A DNA stretch of 64,000 nt. It comes from Candidatus Sulfopaludibacter sp. SbA3. Lineage in GTDB: Bacteria; Acidobacteriota; Terriglobia; 20CM-2-55-15. The stretch is taken from positions 3,008 through 67,007 of the forward strand of contig CAMBFR010000007.1 in the NCBI GenBank assembly GCA_945865815.1, in the 5' to 3' direction. Of this stretch, positions 16,636 through 25,386 are shown in pieces. The notes beneath the pieces are model-generated. The model worked only from the letters and a program-made list of their open reading frames with translations, made no database searches and was not told the DNA's origin. The stretch's first letter is position 1. Every line of letters starts with the position of its first letter. Both the position numbers and the translations under genes were made by a program.

Positions 16636-19600
16636 ATGAAAAAGTTTTTTGCTGCAGGATTGCTTCTTTCCGTGGTTCTGTCGGCTCACGCATTCGGACA
16701 GACCATTAATGCAACGTTGGGCGGTACTGTTTCCGATGCAACCGGCGCCCTGATTCCCGGCGTGATGATCACCGCAACGAACAGCGGAACCGGCATCGCA
16801 ACGACGGTAATAACAAATGAGGCGGGAGCCTACCAATTTGCCAGCCTCCAGAGCGGAACCTACAGAGTCAGCGCCGAGTTGCCCGGGTTTCAAACTCAAA
16901 CCTATAACGACGTCGCGATGGGACTTTCGCAGCAACTGCGGCTGAATTTTGCGCTGCAGGTCGGCAACGTGGCTCAGACCGTAGAAGTAACTGTGGAGTC
17001 CGATACGCTGCTGACAACGACGTCGGCGTCCGTGGGCACGGTGCTTCCCGAATACAAAATCCGTGATCTTCCCCTTGTGGGCCGCAATGCGCTTGATCTG
17101 GTGACGACACAGGTCGGCGTTTTTGGCGGAGGCATGAGCGCCAATTCGATCGGCATCTTTGCCGGTACGCGGCCCAACAATGTGAATACCGCGCGGGACG
17201 GCATCAGCGTGAACGACACGCGGCATAGTGACAGCGGCGCATTCGCGGTCACCTATACCAGTCCCGACCTTGTTGAAGAAGTGCGTGTGATCGTTGCGGC
17301 TGCGGATGCCGAAATGGGACGGGGCGGCGGACAGGTGCAGATGGCCACGCGCGCCGGAACCAACCAGTACCGCGGATCTTTGTTTTACACGAACCGTAAC
17401 TCCGCTCTGGAAGCCAGCAACTGGTTCAATAACTACAACGGCGTCAAAAAGGACTACTTCAACCGGAACCAGTTTGGCGGACGCATCGGCGGACCGATCG
17501 TCCGCAACAAGACGTTCTTTTTCTTTCTGTATGACGGACAGCGTTTCGCCACACGCGATACCGTAGTCGGCAACGTGCTTACGGCGGAGGCGCGGCAAGG
17601 CATCTTCCGGTACTACCCGGGAGTGCAGAGCGGGAATGCGGCTTCCAATGCTCCGACCGTGGACTTCCAGGGGAATCCGGTAAGACCAGGCGGCGCAACA
17701 GGTAATCTTGCCTCCTTCAACGTATTCGGCCGCGATCCGTTCCGGCCCGGTTACGATCCAAGTGGATGGGTCCAGATGGCGATTTCCAGAATGCCGCTGC
17801 CTAACGACTTTACAGTGGGCGATGGATTAAACACCGCGGGCATTCGGTGGACTCGCCGCAGAAAGGACATCGACGACAATCAGGGAACCGCGCCCAATAT
17901 CAACCGCGACAATTTCAACCTTCGCCTCGATCACAATTTCAACGCCAATAACAAAGTGTTCGTTACGGCAACGCGCGAATGGACCATCTCCGACCTGCAA
18001 CTCTCTGCATGGCCGACGGCCTCCGGCGATCCGTTCAGCCGGGGCGTTTTCAAGCGGCGTCCAAGCATAATCACGGCATCGCTGGTATCCACGTTGTCGC
18101 CGACAGTCGTCAATGAACTCCGTTTCGGCCAGAGACGGCAGATGCTGTTGGCGCTATCGGGATTTGAAAGAGCCGATGGAAACGGGCCGGAAGCATTCGC
18201 CACTCTTCCGAGAAGCAACGGCATTCCTTACATTCCGAAGACTATCAATTTCACCGAAAACTTCATCTTCGGTGGTTTCAACGGAACTCGAGGCAATGAC
18301 GCTCCCCGGTGGTCGCTCGCAGACTCCCTGAGCTGGACGCAGGGCAGCCACGCGTTCAAGGCAGGCGGTGAGGTGGGTATCACCACCGCAAGAGGATGGA
18401 CGAACCAGCAGGTGTATCCATACGCGAACCTTGGAGCTGGAGGCGTTGCGGTGACCGGAATCGATGCGACTGCATTTCCCGGGCTTACCGGAGCCGATCA
18501 GACAAACGCGCGAAATCTTCTGACAGACCTGTCGGGATCCGTGGATAACATCATTCAGGCATTCGTTCTTAGCGGTCCGACGAATCCAACGTTCCTGCAC
18601 GTGGGACAGGTCGGCAACAGCAAGATCGTGCCCAGCGCGGAGCAGATGTTTCTTCGCGACTGGCGCCAAAATGATTTTGCCGCGTTCTTTAAGGATGACT
18701 GGAAGTTGCGTCCCAACATGACGCTCAATGCCGGCCTGCGGTGGGAGTGGTACGGCGCCGGGTATGACGCCAATGGACTGACCGCCGCGCCTGTCGGCGG
18801 AAAGGCGGCGCTGTTCGGCATTTCGGGCACCAGCTTCGCCGATCTGTGGCAGCCCGGACGGCTGAACGGATCGTTGACCACGCTTGAATTGGTCGGTCCC
18901 GGTTCGCCAAATCCGGACAAGCAGCTCTGGAAGGATGACTACAATAACTTCGGCCCCGCCATCGGAATAAGTTGGTCGATTCCATACTGGGGGCAGGACA
19001 AAACCCTGCTCCGGGCCGGCTATAGCGTCAACTACAACGGCGTTTACGACATCTCGACGCTCCATAACGGTCAGTTTGCGACTCCTGGAACAGGCCTTAT
19101 CCGCACCGATACGCAGGGGGCTTACAGGTCCCTGGCGACTCTTACCCTTCCAATAGCCATAACCGCCAGGCCTCTCCAGGCGGTTCCGGTAACGGATCGG
19201 TTGCAGAGCTGGTCCGGCTGGGATGAAGACTGGCGGTCGCCTTACATCCAGAATTTCAACCTGTCGATTCAACGCGAACTGGCGCGGAATTGGGGTGTCG
19301 AACTGCGTTACATCGGCAGCAAAGGCACGAAGCTCCAGGCCAATATTCCGCTCAACGACACGAACATTTTTGAAAACGGAATATTGGACGCATTCACCAT
19401 CACGCGAAACGGCGGGAATTCCCCGTTGTTCGATCAGATGTTGCGTGGCTTGAATCTGGGGTCCGGAGTAGTGAACGGCACGACAGTCACAGGCTCGGCA
19501 TCGCTTCGCCAGAGCACATTGACCAGAGCGTTCATTGCCAACGGAAATGTCGGGGCGCTGGCCAATTTTCTCAGCAGCACGCCGACAGGCACCGGCGTGA

Positions 19601-20535
19601 ACGGCGGGCTGCTCCGGAACGGCGGATTGCCGGAAAATTTCGTCAAGGTCAACCCTCAGTTCAACGCCATCAACCTGACATCGAATCCCGGCAATTCCAC
19701 ATATCATTCGATGAATCTCTCGCTGAGCAAGAGGTTATCGCAGGGCTTCACGGTTCAGAGTTCCTACAGCTGGAGCCGGAGCATCGGCGAGGCCGATGGC
19801 GAGGGCACGATCATCTATCGAAATCCCAGAGACCGCTCGATGAACAAGCAGTTGCTCGGCTTCCATCGGACGCACGACTTCCGCAGCAACGGTGTGCTGG
19901 AATTGCCATTCGGACCCGGCAAGCCCATGCTTGCCAACGCTCCCGGATGGGTCTCTCGTCTGGTCGAACGCTGGCAGCTTGGCGGCATCTTCAGCCTGAC
20001 CTCCGGAACACCGATGACCATTACGGCGCCGGTCTCCACGTTCGCTCTCTCGACATCCAATACGCCGTTCAACACGCCGAATATCGTCGGAGATTTCTCG
20101 AAGAGTCTGGGGAAGGTGACGAAGGTAGCGAACGGCGTGATTTATTTCGACGGCCTCCGGCAGGTCGCAGATCCCGGAAGAGCCGGAGTGACAGCGGCAC
20201 AAGGACTTCAGGGCCAGTTCAGCAATCGCGCCATTACGGACGACCAAGGTAATTTTCTTCTCGTGAATCCTCAACCCGGACAGGTCGGCAGCCTTGGCCT
20301 GAAGTGGATCGAGGGCCCGGGAGCTATCGGCCTGGATATGAACCTCGTCAAGAGGGTGAGATTGAGTGAAACCAGGGAGTTCGAATTCCGTGTGGATGCA
20401 GTCAATCTACTGAATCACCCTAATTTCGGGAACCTTGTTGCAAATAGCCTGAACATCAACAACACCAGCTTCGGGCGCATCACATCGGCCACAGGAAGCC
20501 GCTCGTTCGTCATCAATGGCCGCGTGAACTTCTAG
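16636..20535 (+). CDS. TonB-dependent receptor with N-terminal carboxypeptidase-regulatory-like domain (1299 aa)
   Basis: A signal peptide is followed by TLGGTVSDATGALIPGV...EAGAYQF...GTYRV (CarboxypepD_reg). A plug-like region and a long beta-barrel follow, and the protein ends ...INGRVNF. ATG 16636 follows a G-rich Shine-Dalgarno sequence. Confidence 0.85.
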   Translation: MKKFFAAGLLLSVVLSAHAFGQTINATLGGTVSDATGALIPGVMITATNSGTGIATTVITNEAGAYQFASLQSGTYRVSAELPGFQTQTYNDVAMGLSQQLRLNFALQVGNVAQTVEVTVESDTLLTTTSASVGTVLPEYKIRDLPLVGRNALDLVTTQVGVFGGGMSANSIGIFAGTRPNNVNTARDGISVNDTRHSDSGAFAVTYTSPDLVEEVRVIVAAADAEMGRGGGQVQMATRAGTNQYRGSLFYTNRNSALEASNWFNNYNGVKKDYFNRNQFGGRIGGPIVRNKTFFFFLYDGQRFATRDTVVGNVLTAEARQGIFRYYPGVQSGNAASNAPTVDFQGNPVRPGGATGNLASFNVFGRDPFRPGYDPSGWVQMAISRMPLPNDFTVGDGLNTAGIRWTRRRKDIDDNQGTAPNINRDNFNLRLDHNFNANNKVFVTATREWTISDLQLSAWPTASGDPFSRGVFKRRPSIITASLVSTLSPTVVNELRFGQRRQMLLALSGFERADGNGPEAFATLPRSNGIPYIPKTINFTENFIFGGFNGTRGNDAPRWSLADSLSWTQGSHAFKAGGEVGITTARGWTNQQVYPYANLGAGGVAVTGIDATAFPGLTGADQTNARNLLTDLSGSVDNIIQAFVLSGPTNPTFLHVGQVGNSKIVPSAEQMFLRDWRQNDFAAFFKDDWKLRPNMTLNAGLRWEWYGAGYDANGLTAAPVGGKAALFGISGTSFADLWQPGRLNGSLTTLELVGPGSPNPDKQLWKDDYNNFGPAIGISWSIPYWGQDKTLLRAGYSVNYNGVYDISTLHNGQFATPGTGLIRTDTQGAYRSLATLTLPIAITARPLQAVPVTDRLQSWSGWDEDWRSPYIQNFNLSIQRELARNWGVELRYIGSKGTKLQANIPLNDTNIFENGILDAFTITRNGGNSPLFDQMLRGLNLGSGVVNGTTVTGSASLRQSTLTRAFIANGNVGALANFLSSTPTGTGVNGGLLRNGGLPENFVKVNPQFNAINLTSNPGNSTYHSMNLSLSKRLSQGFTVQSSYSWSRSIGEADGEGTIIYRNPRDRSMNKQLLGFHRTHDFRSNGVLELPFGPGKPMLANAPGWVSRLVERWQLGGIFSLTSGTPMTITAPVSTFALSTSNTPFNTPNIVGDFSKSLGKVTKVANGVIYFDGLRQVADPGRAGVTAAQGLQGQFSNRAITDDQGNFLLVNPQPGQVGSLGLKWIEGPGAIGLDMNLVKRVRLSETREFEFRVDAVNLLNHPNFGNLVANSLNINNTSFGRITSATGSRSFVINGRVNF

Positions 20536-20541
20536 CCGGGT

Positions 20542-20592
20542 TTCAGGACGGAGGAATAACTCTCAAACTTGAGAGTTTTCCTCCGTCCTGAA
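20542..20592. terminator. Long hairpin after the receptor gene
   Basis: TTCAGGACGGAGGAATAACTCTCAA / TTGAGAGTTTTCCTCCGTCCTGAA gives about 24 bp of pairing with one bulge. Confidence 0.65.
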
Positions 20593-20677
20593 GGGTCGAA
20601 GAAGCCGGCCACGAACGCTTTTGAGTCTTGAGAGCCCCTCTCTTGCCTTTTATCCCGATTCCACTAGACTGACGAAT

Positions 20678-20941
20678 ATGGAGGAGCGAGTGAAATCAAG
20701 AAAAGAATACGACTATACCGTCCTCTTTGAACCTGCGGCGGAAGGCGGCTACGTCGTAACCTGCCCGGCCTTACCCGGCTTGGTTACTGAAGGCGACACC
20801 CTGTAAGAAGCCCGTGCAATGGCCAAGGATGCCATTGAGGGTTACCTGGAAAGTGTCCGTAAAGACGGCCAGCCGATTCCGAGAGACATCTCGATTACGC
20901 TGGAGCCAGTTAAAGAGCACATTCGGGTCGGTCTCCGCTAA
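20678..20941 (+). pseudogene. hicB: HicB-family antitoxin gene with an in-frame TAA at codon 43
   Basis: The sequence YDYTVLFEPAAEGGYVVTCPALPGLVTEGDTL-TAA-EEARAMAKDAIEGYLESVRKDGQPIP continues in the same frame across the stop at 20804..20806. The alignment to the HicB core (GDTLEEA...) is unbroken. Confidence 0.65.
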
Positions 20942-21225
20942 AGTGGCCCGCCTCCCTGCTTGCAAGCCCAAAAAAGTCCGCAGGCCTGACCCGGGAACGG
21001 TATTTTTCTTTGCTGGGAAAAGGCTTGATTGGGACAGGCTGCCCAAGTCCGGTCTGCGGCCGGTTGCCCGAGCGTTCACCGGTCTGCCTGCTGCGGCTTT
21101 AGCTAAAGCCTGGAGGCCACAGCATCGGCGTCAGCGGTTTATGGGCGAGTTGCCGCACCCGTGCGTGGAGAAAACGGATGTCCTCACCGGCGGGCAGCGC
21201 CGATGAGGACATCCCCAGACCCATC

Positions 21226-24200
21226 TTAGAAATTGATCCGGGCTCCGACCGTAACCTGGCGTCCGTCCCCGGCCGTGCTGATGCGGCCGAACGAGGCGCT
21301 GTTGATATCCACGTTAGGGGGGCCGAACACCGGGTGGTTGAGCACGTTCAAGACGTCAAAGCGAACTTCAAACTCCTTGTTCTCATCCAGGGACACCCTT
21401 TTCATGAGGTTCATATCCAGTGTGAGACTGCTGGGCCCCATTAGAGTACGGATGCCGAGCGTGCCGACTTCGCCGGGTCCCGGATTGACGAGGATCGGGT
21501 TGCCGGCCTGGTCAAGGATCGCGCGGTTCGTGAAGAAGTTGGCCAGGGAGTTTGTCGTCGTTACCGAAGCTCTGGCAGGATCGGAACCCGCATTCCCGAG
21601 CCTAAGCGTTGAGAAGTAATTCGGCAGGCTGCGGTCTGTCATGCGGGTCACTTTGCCTTGCGGCAGTTCACCGAGCAGGTGCGGCGTGTTGGTAGCCTGC
21701 TGATAGATGTTGGTCAGTCCACTCGCGGAGATCGTCAGCGGCGCGCCGGAACTCCACGCCATCACGGCGCCAAGCTGCCAACGCTCGACAATTCGAGACA
21801 GCCATCCCGGCGCCGAACCCAGGAAGTTCCTGTTCGGACCAAACGGCAGTTCCCAGGTGCCACTGCCCGTCAGTACGTGCGCGCGATGGAAGCCGAGGAC
21901 GCTCTTGTCGAGGTTCCGGTTCAGCGGATCACGGGTCGCGACGTTGTTATCGTCATTCGACAGGCCGATCGTCTTACTCCACGTATATCCGGTACGGCCG
22001 GTGATGCCGTAGGACAGGCGCTTCGTCAACTGGAGCTGGAGCGAATGGTAGGTCGAGTTGCTCATGTTTCCATTGACTCCCGCCGAACCAAACTGCGGGT
22101 TGAACACCAGATAATTTTCCGGGAGTTGACCGCTGTTGCGAATGAATCCGCCGGCCTGCCCCGTGATGTTCGTGCTGGTGTTCAGGAAGTTGGCGAGCCC
22201 GCCCGCGTTCCCGTCGGCGAGGAACGTGCGCGTGTTGGAATACTGGCGCAGAGCCTGCGAACCGGTAACGGTGGTCCCGTTCACGGTTCCGGCGCCGGGG
22301 ATGTTCATTCCCCTCAGCATCTGAGTGAACAGAGGCGCGTCGCCGCCCGCCCGCGTCACGTTGAAAGCATCCATGAACGCGCCGGCGGTCTTCGTATAGT
22401 TGTAGTCGAAGCGGCCGAACAGCTTCGTTCCCTTCGTGCCGACATAAGCCACATCGAGAATCAAGTCGCGGGACAATTCGCGCTGAACGGACAGGTTGAA
22501 GTTCTGCACGTACGGCGACACGCGGTCCGGCTCATACATGTTCATGATGAGTGTCCGCGGCTCGGTCAACGGCACGGCGCGCAGCGGCGCGAAAGGAGCA
22601 GTGAAAGGGAGCGTCGTATTCGAAAGGTTCCAATACGCTGTCCGCGTAAACGTCAGCCCATTGCCGCCCGAGTGTGCGGACAGGCCCGGCAGCCTGCCGG
22701 CGCCCTGGTCCAGACCGCCGGCGCCCATGGCGCCCTTGATCATCGCGCCCGTGTAACTGACGCCGTAACCGCCGCGCAATACCGTCTGGCGGCCAAGTCC
22801 CGGAATCGAGTAGCTGAATCCGATCGCCGGGGCGAAGTTGTTCCAGTCATCGTTGAAGACCTTCTTGTCCGGGCTCGGAGAGTTCTTGCCGACAAGTTCG
22901 ACCGTGCTCAGAGCGCCGCAGCCGATGCCGCAGAGCCCCTGGAATCCGTTCACGACGCGGCCGGCAATGCCGCGCGCCTCGTACGGCACCCCGAACCATT
23001 CGTAATGAATTCCCAGGTTCAGCGTCAGATTCGATGTTACTTTCCAGTCGTCCTTGAAGAACGCGCTGAATTCGTTGGCGCGCCAGTCCCTCCTGACAAG
23101 CGTAACTCCGTCCTGATAGCCCTTGAACTGCAATGGCGGCTCGGTGCTGGTGAGATCGAACCCCTGACGAATGTTGTCGATTGAACCTGCCAGGTTGTAC
23201 AGAACGTTCCGCGCAACCGTGGCGTTGTTGTTGGTTAAGCCGGGAACATTCGTCGGCTGGATCGGCGCCGTGAAGTTGCCGGCTCCGACAGTCGCATAGG
23301 GAGTATGGTTGGTGTCGTTCCACCCCTGCGTGCGGTCCCGCCGGAACTCCAGGCCTGCCTTGAACGCGTGGCTTCCCGAGACCCAGCTGACGTTATCGCC
23401 GTAACTCCACAGCGGGCTCCACGAGCCGCGAGTCGATCCCTGGCCCGAACTCCACTGCATGTAGCCCTGATTGTAGATCTGCGGAACGACCTGAAGGGGA
23501 ATCCCGTTGACCTTGGGGAGAAGCGCCAAAGCCTCCTTCGCCGATTCATCGAGTTGGCCGCCGGTATAATCTTCACGTCCCACATACCACGGCGCCCAGC
23601 TCTGAATCTTGTGCGCGCGCACACCCATCCGGAACTCGTTCACCACGTTAGACACCGTAGATACGAGCGAGAAATTGTAAATCCGCGGATGCTTGCGGTT
23701 CGCGCCGTCATAACCGCCCGGCCAGTTCATGATTCCGGCCTGTGTCGTGTGATTCATGCCGCGCTCGTATGTGTAGACAAAACTGGCTTTGTGGGCGGAA
23801 TTGAAGTTGTGATCGATGCGAACATTAATCTGGTCGCGATTGTTTTCCTCGTACGTCTGACCGTCGCTTGCGTCACGGCCGGAGATGCGCCTGGTGAACC
23901 GGATGCCGGCGGTATTCAGGCCGTCGCCAACCGTATAGTCATTCGGCATCGGCATACGGGCGATCACCGACTGCATGTAGCCGCTCGGATCGAACCCGGA
24001 CCGATTCGCATCGTAGGAAAAGAGGTTGATCGACTGAAGCGGACCGGTTGCCGAAGCCGGACGCACGGGGTTGCCTAACCGATCCACGCTCGGCCCGTTT
24101 TGCAGCACGTTGGCGTTGTCCGCGCCCGGGAAAAACCGATAAATGCCCCGGCGCGCTTCGGGAGTCAGAACCGTTCCGACGAAGTTTTCCTTCGCAACGA

Positions 24201-25098
24201 ACCGCTGTTCGTCAACAAGGACGAAGAAAAACGTCTTGTTTTGAATGATCGGACCGCCAACACGGCCGCCGAACTGATTGCGGTTCTGCCATTCGGATTG
24301 CGTGTTGTTGAAATTGGCAAACCAGTTTTGAGCGTCCAGAGCGGAGTTCCGGTTATTCCAGAAGACAGAGCCGCGGAACTGGTTGGTTCCCGACCGCGTC
24401 ACCAACTGCACCTGCCCCGATCCGCGGCTGGCTTCGGCATCGACCGTACTGGTCGTGACCTTAACTTCTTCAACCAGGTCCGAACTCGTATACGTCGTCG
24501 TAAAGGTCCCGTGGTTATAACGGCCCGCCGATACGTTGAATCCGTCGCGGCTCACTGCCACCTGGCTGATGCGGCCGCCGGCGAAGAATCCATCGACGTC
24601 GGCTTCCGTCGGTCCGGCGCCGCCAATGCCTCTGAGCAATTCGAGGACGTTGCGGTCGCCGGTCGGCAGTTCGCGAACCTGCGTTTCGGGAAGTACCGTG
24701 CCGATCGATGACGACGTCGTAATCAAAGCGCCGGAAACTTCTGCCGTGACATCCACGGTGGTGGCGATGTTGCCCACCTGCAACGTAAAGTTCAGGCGGA
24801 CCTGATCGCCTCCGCCGAGAACCACGCTGTTATTCGTGGCCGTCTGGAAACCGGCTAACGAAGCCGTGACCTGATATGTACCCGTTTGGAGCGCGGCAAA
24901 CTGGTACGCTCCCGCTTCGTTGGTAATCGAGTTGTTGACGATTCCCGTTCCGACGTTGCGCGCGGTAACTTCGACGCCGGGAATCAAAGCCCCCGTCGAA
25001 TCCGACACGGTGCCGCCCAGAGTCGCATTGGTTGTCTGTGCGAATGCTGCCGCAGACAGGGCAAATAGCAAAAACGCCGCCGTAACTGAAGTCTTCAT
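21226..25098 (-). CDS. TonB-dependent receptor with carboxypeptidase-regulatory-like domain (paralog of 16636..20535)
   Basis: The architecture matches the first receptor and the N-terminal domain is very similar (TLGGTVSDSTGALIPGV...EAGAYQF...GTYQV). The protein ends ...VGARINF. The start is ATG 25098 (preferred, 6 nt after GGGGGG) or 25104. Confidence 0.85.
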   Translation of the reverse strand: MKTSVTAAFLLFALSAAAFAQTTNATLGGTVSDSTGALIPGVEVTARNVGTGIVNNSITNEAGAYQFAALQTGTYQVTASLAGFQTATNNSVVLGGGDQVRLNFTLQVGNIATTVDVTAEVSGALITTSSSIGTVLPETQVRELPTGDRNVLELLRGIGGAGPTEADVDGFFAGGRISQVAVSRDGFNVSAGRYNHGTFTTTYTSSDLVEEVKVTTSTVDAEASRGSGQVQLVTRSGTNQFRGSVFWNNRNSALDAQNWFANFNNTQSEWQNRNQFGGRVGGPIIQNKTFFFVLVDEQRFVAKENFVGTVLTPEARRGIYRFFPGADNANVLQNGPSVDRLGNPVRPASATGPLQSINLFSYDANRSGFDPSGYMQSVIARMPMPNDYTVGDGLNTAGIRFTRRISGRDASDGQTYEENNRDQINVRIDHNFNSAHKASFVYTYERGMNHTTQAGIMNWPGGYDGANRKHPRIYNFSLVSTVSNVVNEFRMGVRAHKIQSWAPWYVGREDYTGGQLDESAKEALALLPKVNGIPLQVVPQIYNQGYMQWSSGQGSTRGSWSPLWSYGDNVSWVSGSHAFKAGLEFRRDRTQGWNDTNHTPYATVGAGNFTAPIQPTNVPGLTNNNATVARNVLYNLAGSIDNIRQGFDLTSTEPPLQFKGYQDGVTLVRRDWRANEFSAFFKDDWKVTSNLTLNLGIHYEWFGVPYEARGIAGRVVNGFQGLCGIGCGALSTVELVGKNSPSPDKKVFNDDWNNFAPAIGFSYSIPGLGRQTVLRGGYGVSYTGAMIKGAMGAGGLDQGAGRLPGLSAHSGGNGLTFTRTAYWNLSNTTLPFTAPFAPLRAVPLTEPRTLIMNMYEPDRVSPYVQNFNLSVQRELSRDLILDVAYVGTKGTKLFGRFDYNYTKTAGAFMDAFNVTRAGGDAPLFTQMLRGMNIPGAGTVNGTTVTGSQALRQYSNTRTFLADGNAGGLANFLNTSTNITGQAGGFIRNSGQLPENYLVFNPQFGSAGVNGNMSNSTYHSLQLQLTKRLSYGITGRTGYTWSKTIGLSNDDNNVATRDPLNRNLDKSVLGFHRAHVLTGSGTWELPFGPNRNFLGSAPGWLSRIVERWQLGAVMAWSSGAPLTISASGLTNIYQQATNTPHLLGELPQGKVTRMTDRSLPNYFSTLRLGNAGSDPARASVTTTNSLANFFTNRAILDQAGNPILVNPGPGEVGTLGIRTLMGPSSLTLDMNLMKRVSLDENKEFEVRFDVLNVLNHPVFGPPNVDINSASFGRISTAGDGRQVTVGARINF

Positions 25099-25342
25099 AT
25101 TCATCCCCCCAGTCAAAAGGTTCCTGCCTCGAACGAAGGAAGTGGCACAACTGTCTAAGTTCCACGTCCGTTCGCAATATCCCGATTTGTCAGTTATTGG
25201 TGGCCGTATTCTAAACGTCTTACCGCAGGTCGAAACAAGAAATTCGATAGTGGTCTAATTCGGGGACAGACCACTACCGCGATCAATAAGGGGTGCTGAA
25301 TATCGCGAAACGCCGGATCTGCGGGCCCTTCTATCCTTTTGT

Positions 25343-25372
25343 CTGGTGTGGTGTTGAGAGACACCACACCAG
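25343..25372 (-). terminator. Hairpin downstream of the CxxCH-protein gene
   Basis: CTGGTGTGGTGT / ACACCACACCAG forms a perfect 12-bp stem with a 6-nt loop. There is no clear U-tract on the minus strand. Confidence 0.45.
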
Positions 25373-25386
25373 TCGTTCCCGCAACT

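Noticed and set aside
16468-17598. 376-aa ORF on the minus strand
   Set aside because: It lies entirely antisense to the well-supported TonB receptor gene. Its Arg/Gly/Ala-rich composition is typical of shadow frames in high-GC DNA, and it has no motifs.
18154-19707. 517-aa ORF on the minus strand
   Set aside because: It is antisense to the same receptor gene and is a shadow ORF with no recognisable domain.
20804-20806. Stop-codon readthrough or recoding at the hicB TAA
   Set aside because: TAA is not a known recoding codon in bacteria of this type, and no downstream structure was seen. A simple nonsense mutation is more parsimonious.
20943-21206. HicA toxin gene downstream of hicB
   Set aside because: Only the first ~12 residues (LPACKPKKV) resemble HicA. 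No G-S-H core was found in any frame, so it is not called as a feature.
21658-23184. 508-aa ORF on the plus strand
   Set aside because: It is antisense to the second receptor gene. It is Arg-rich and low in complexity.
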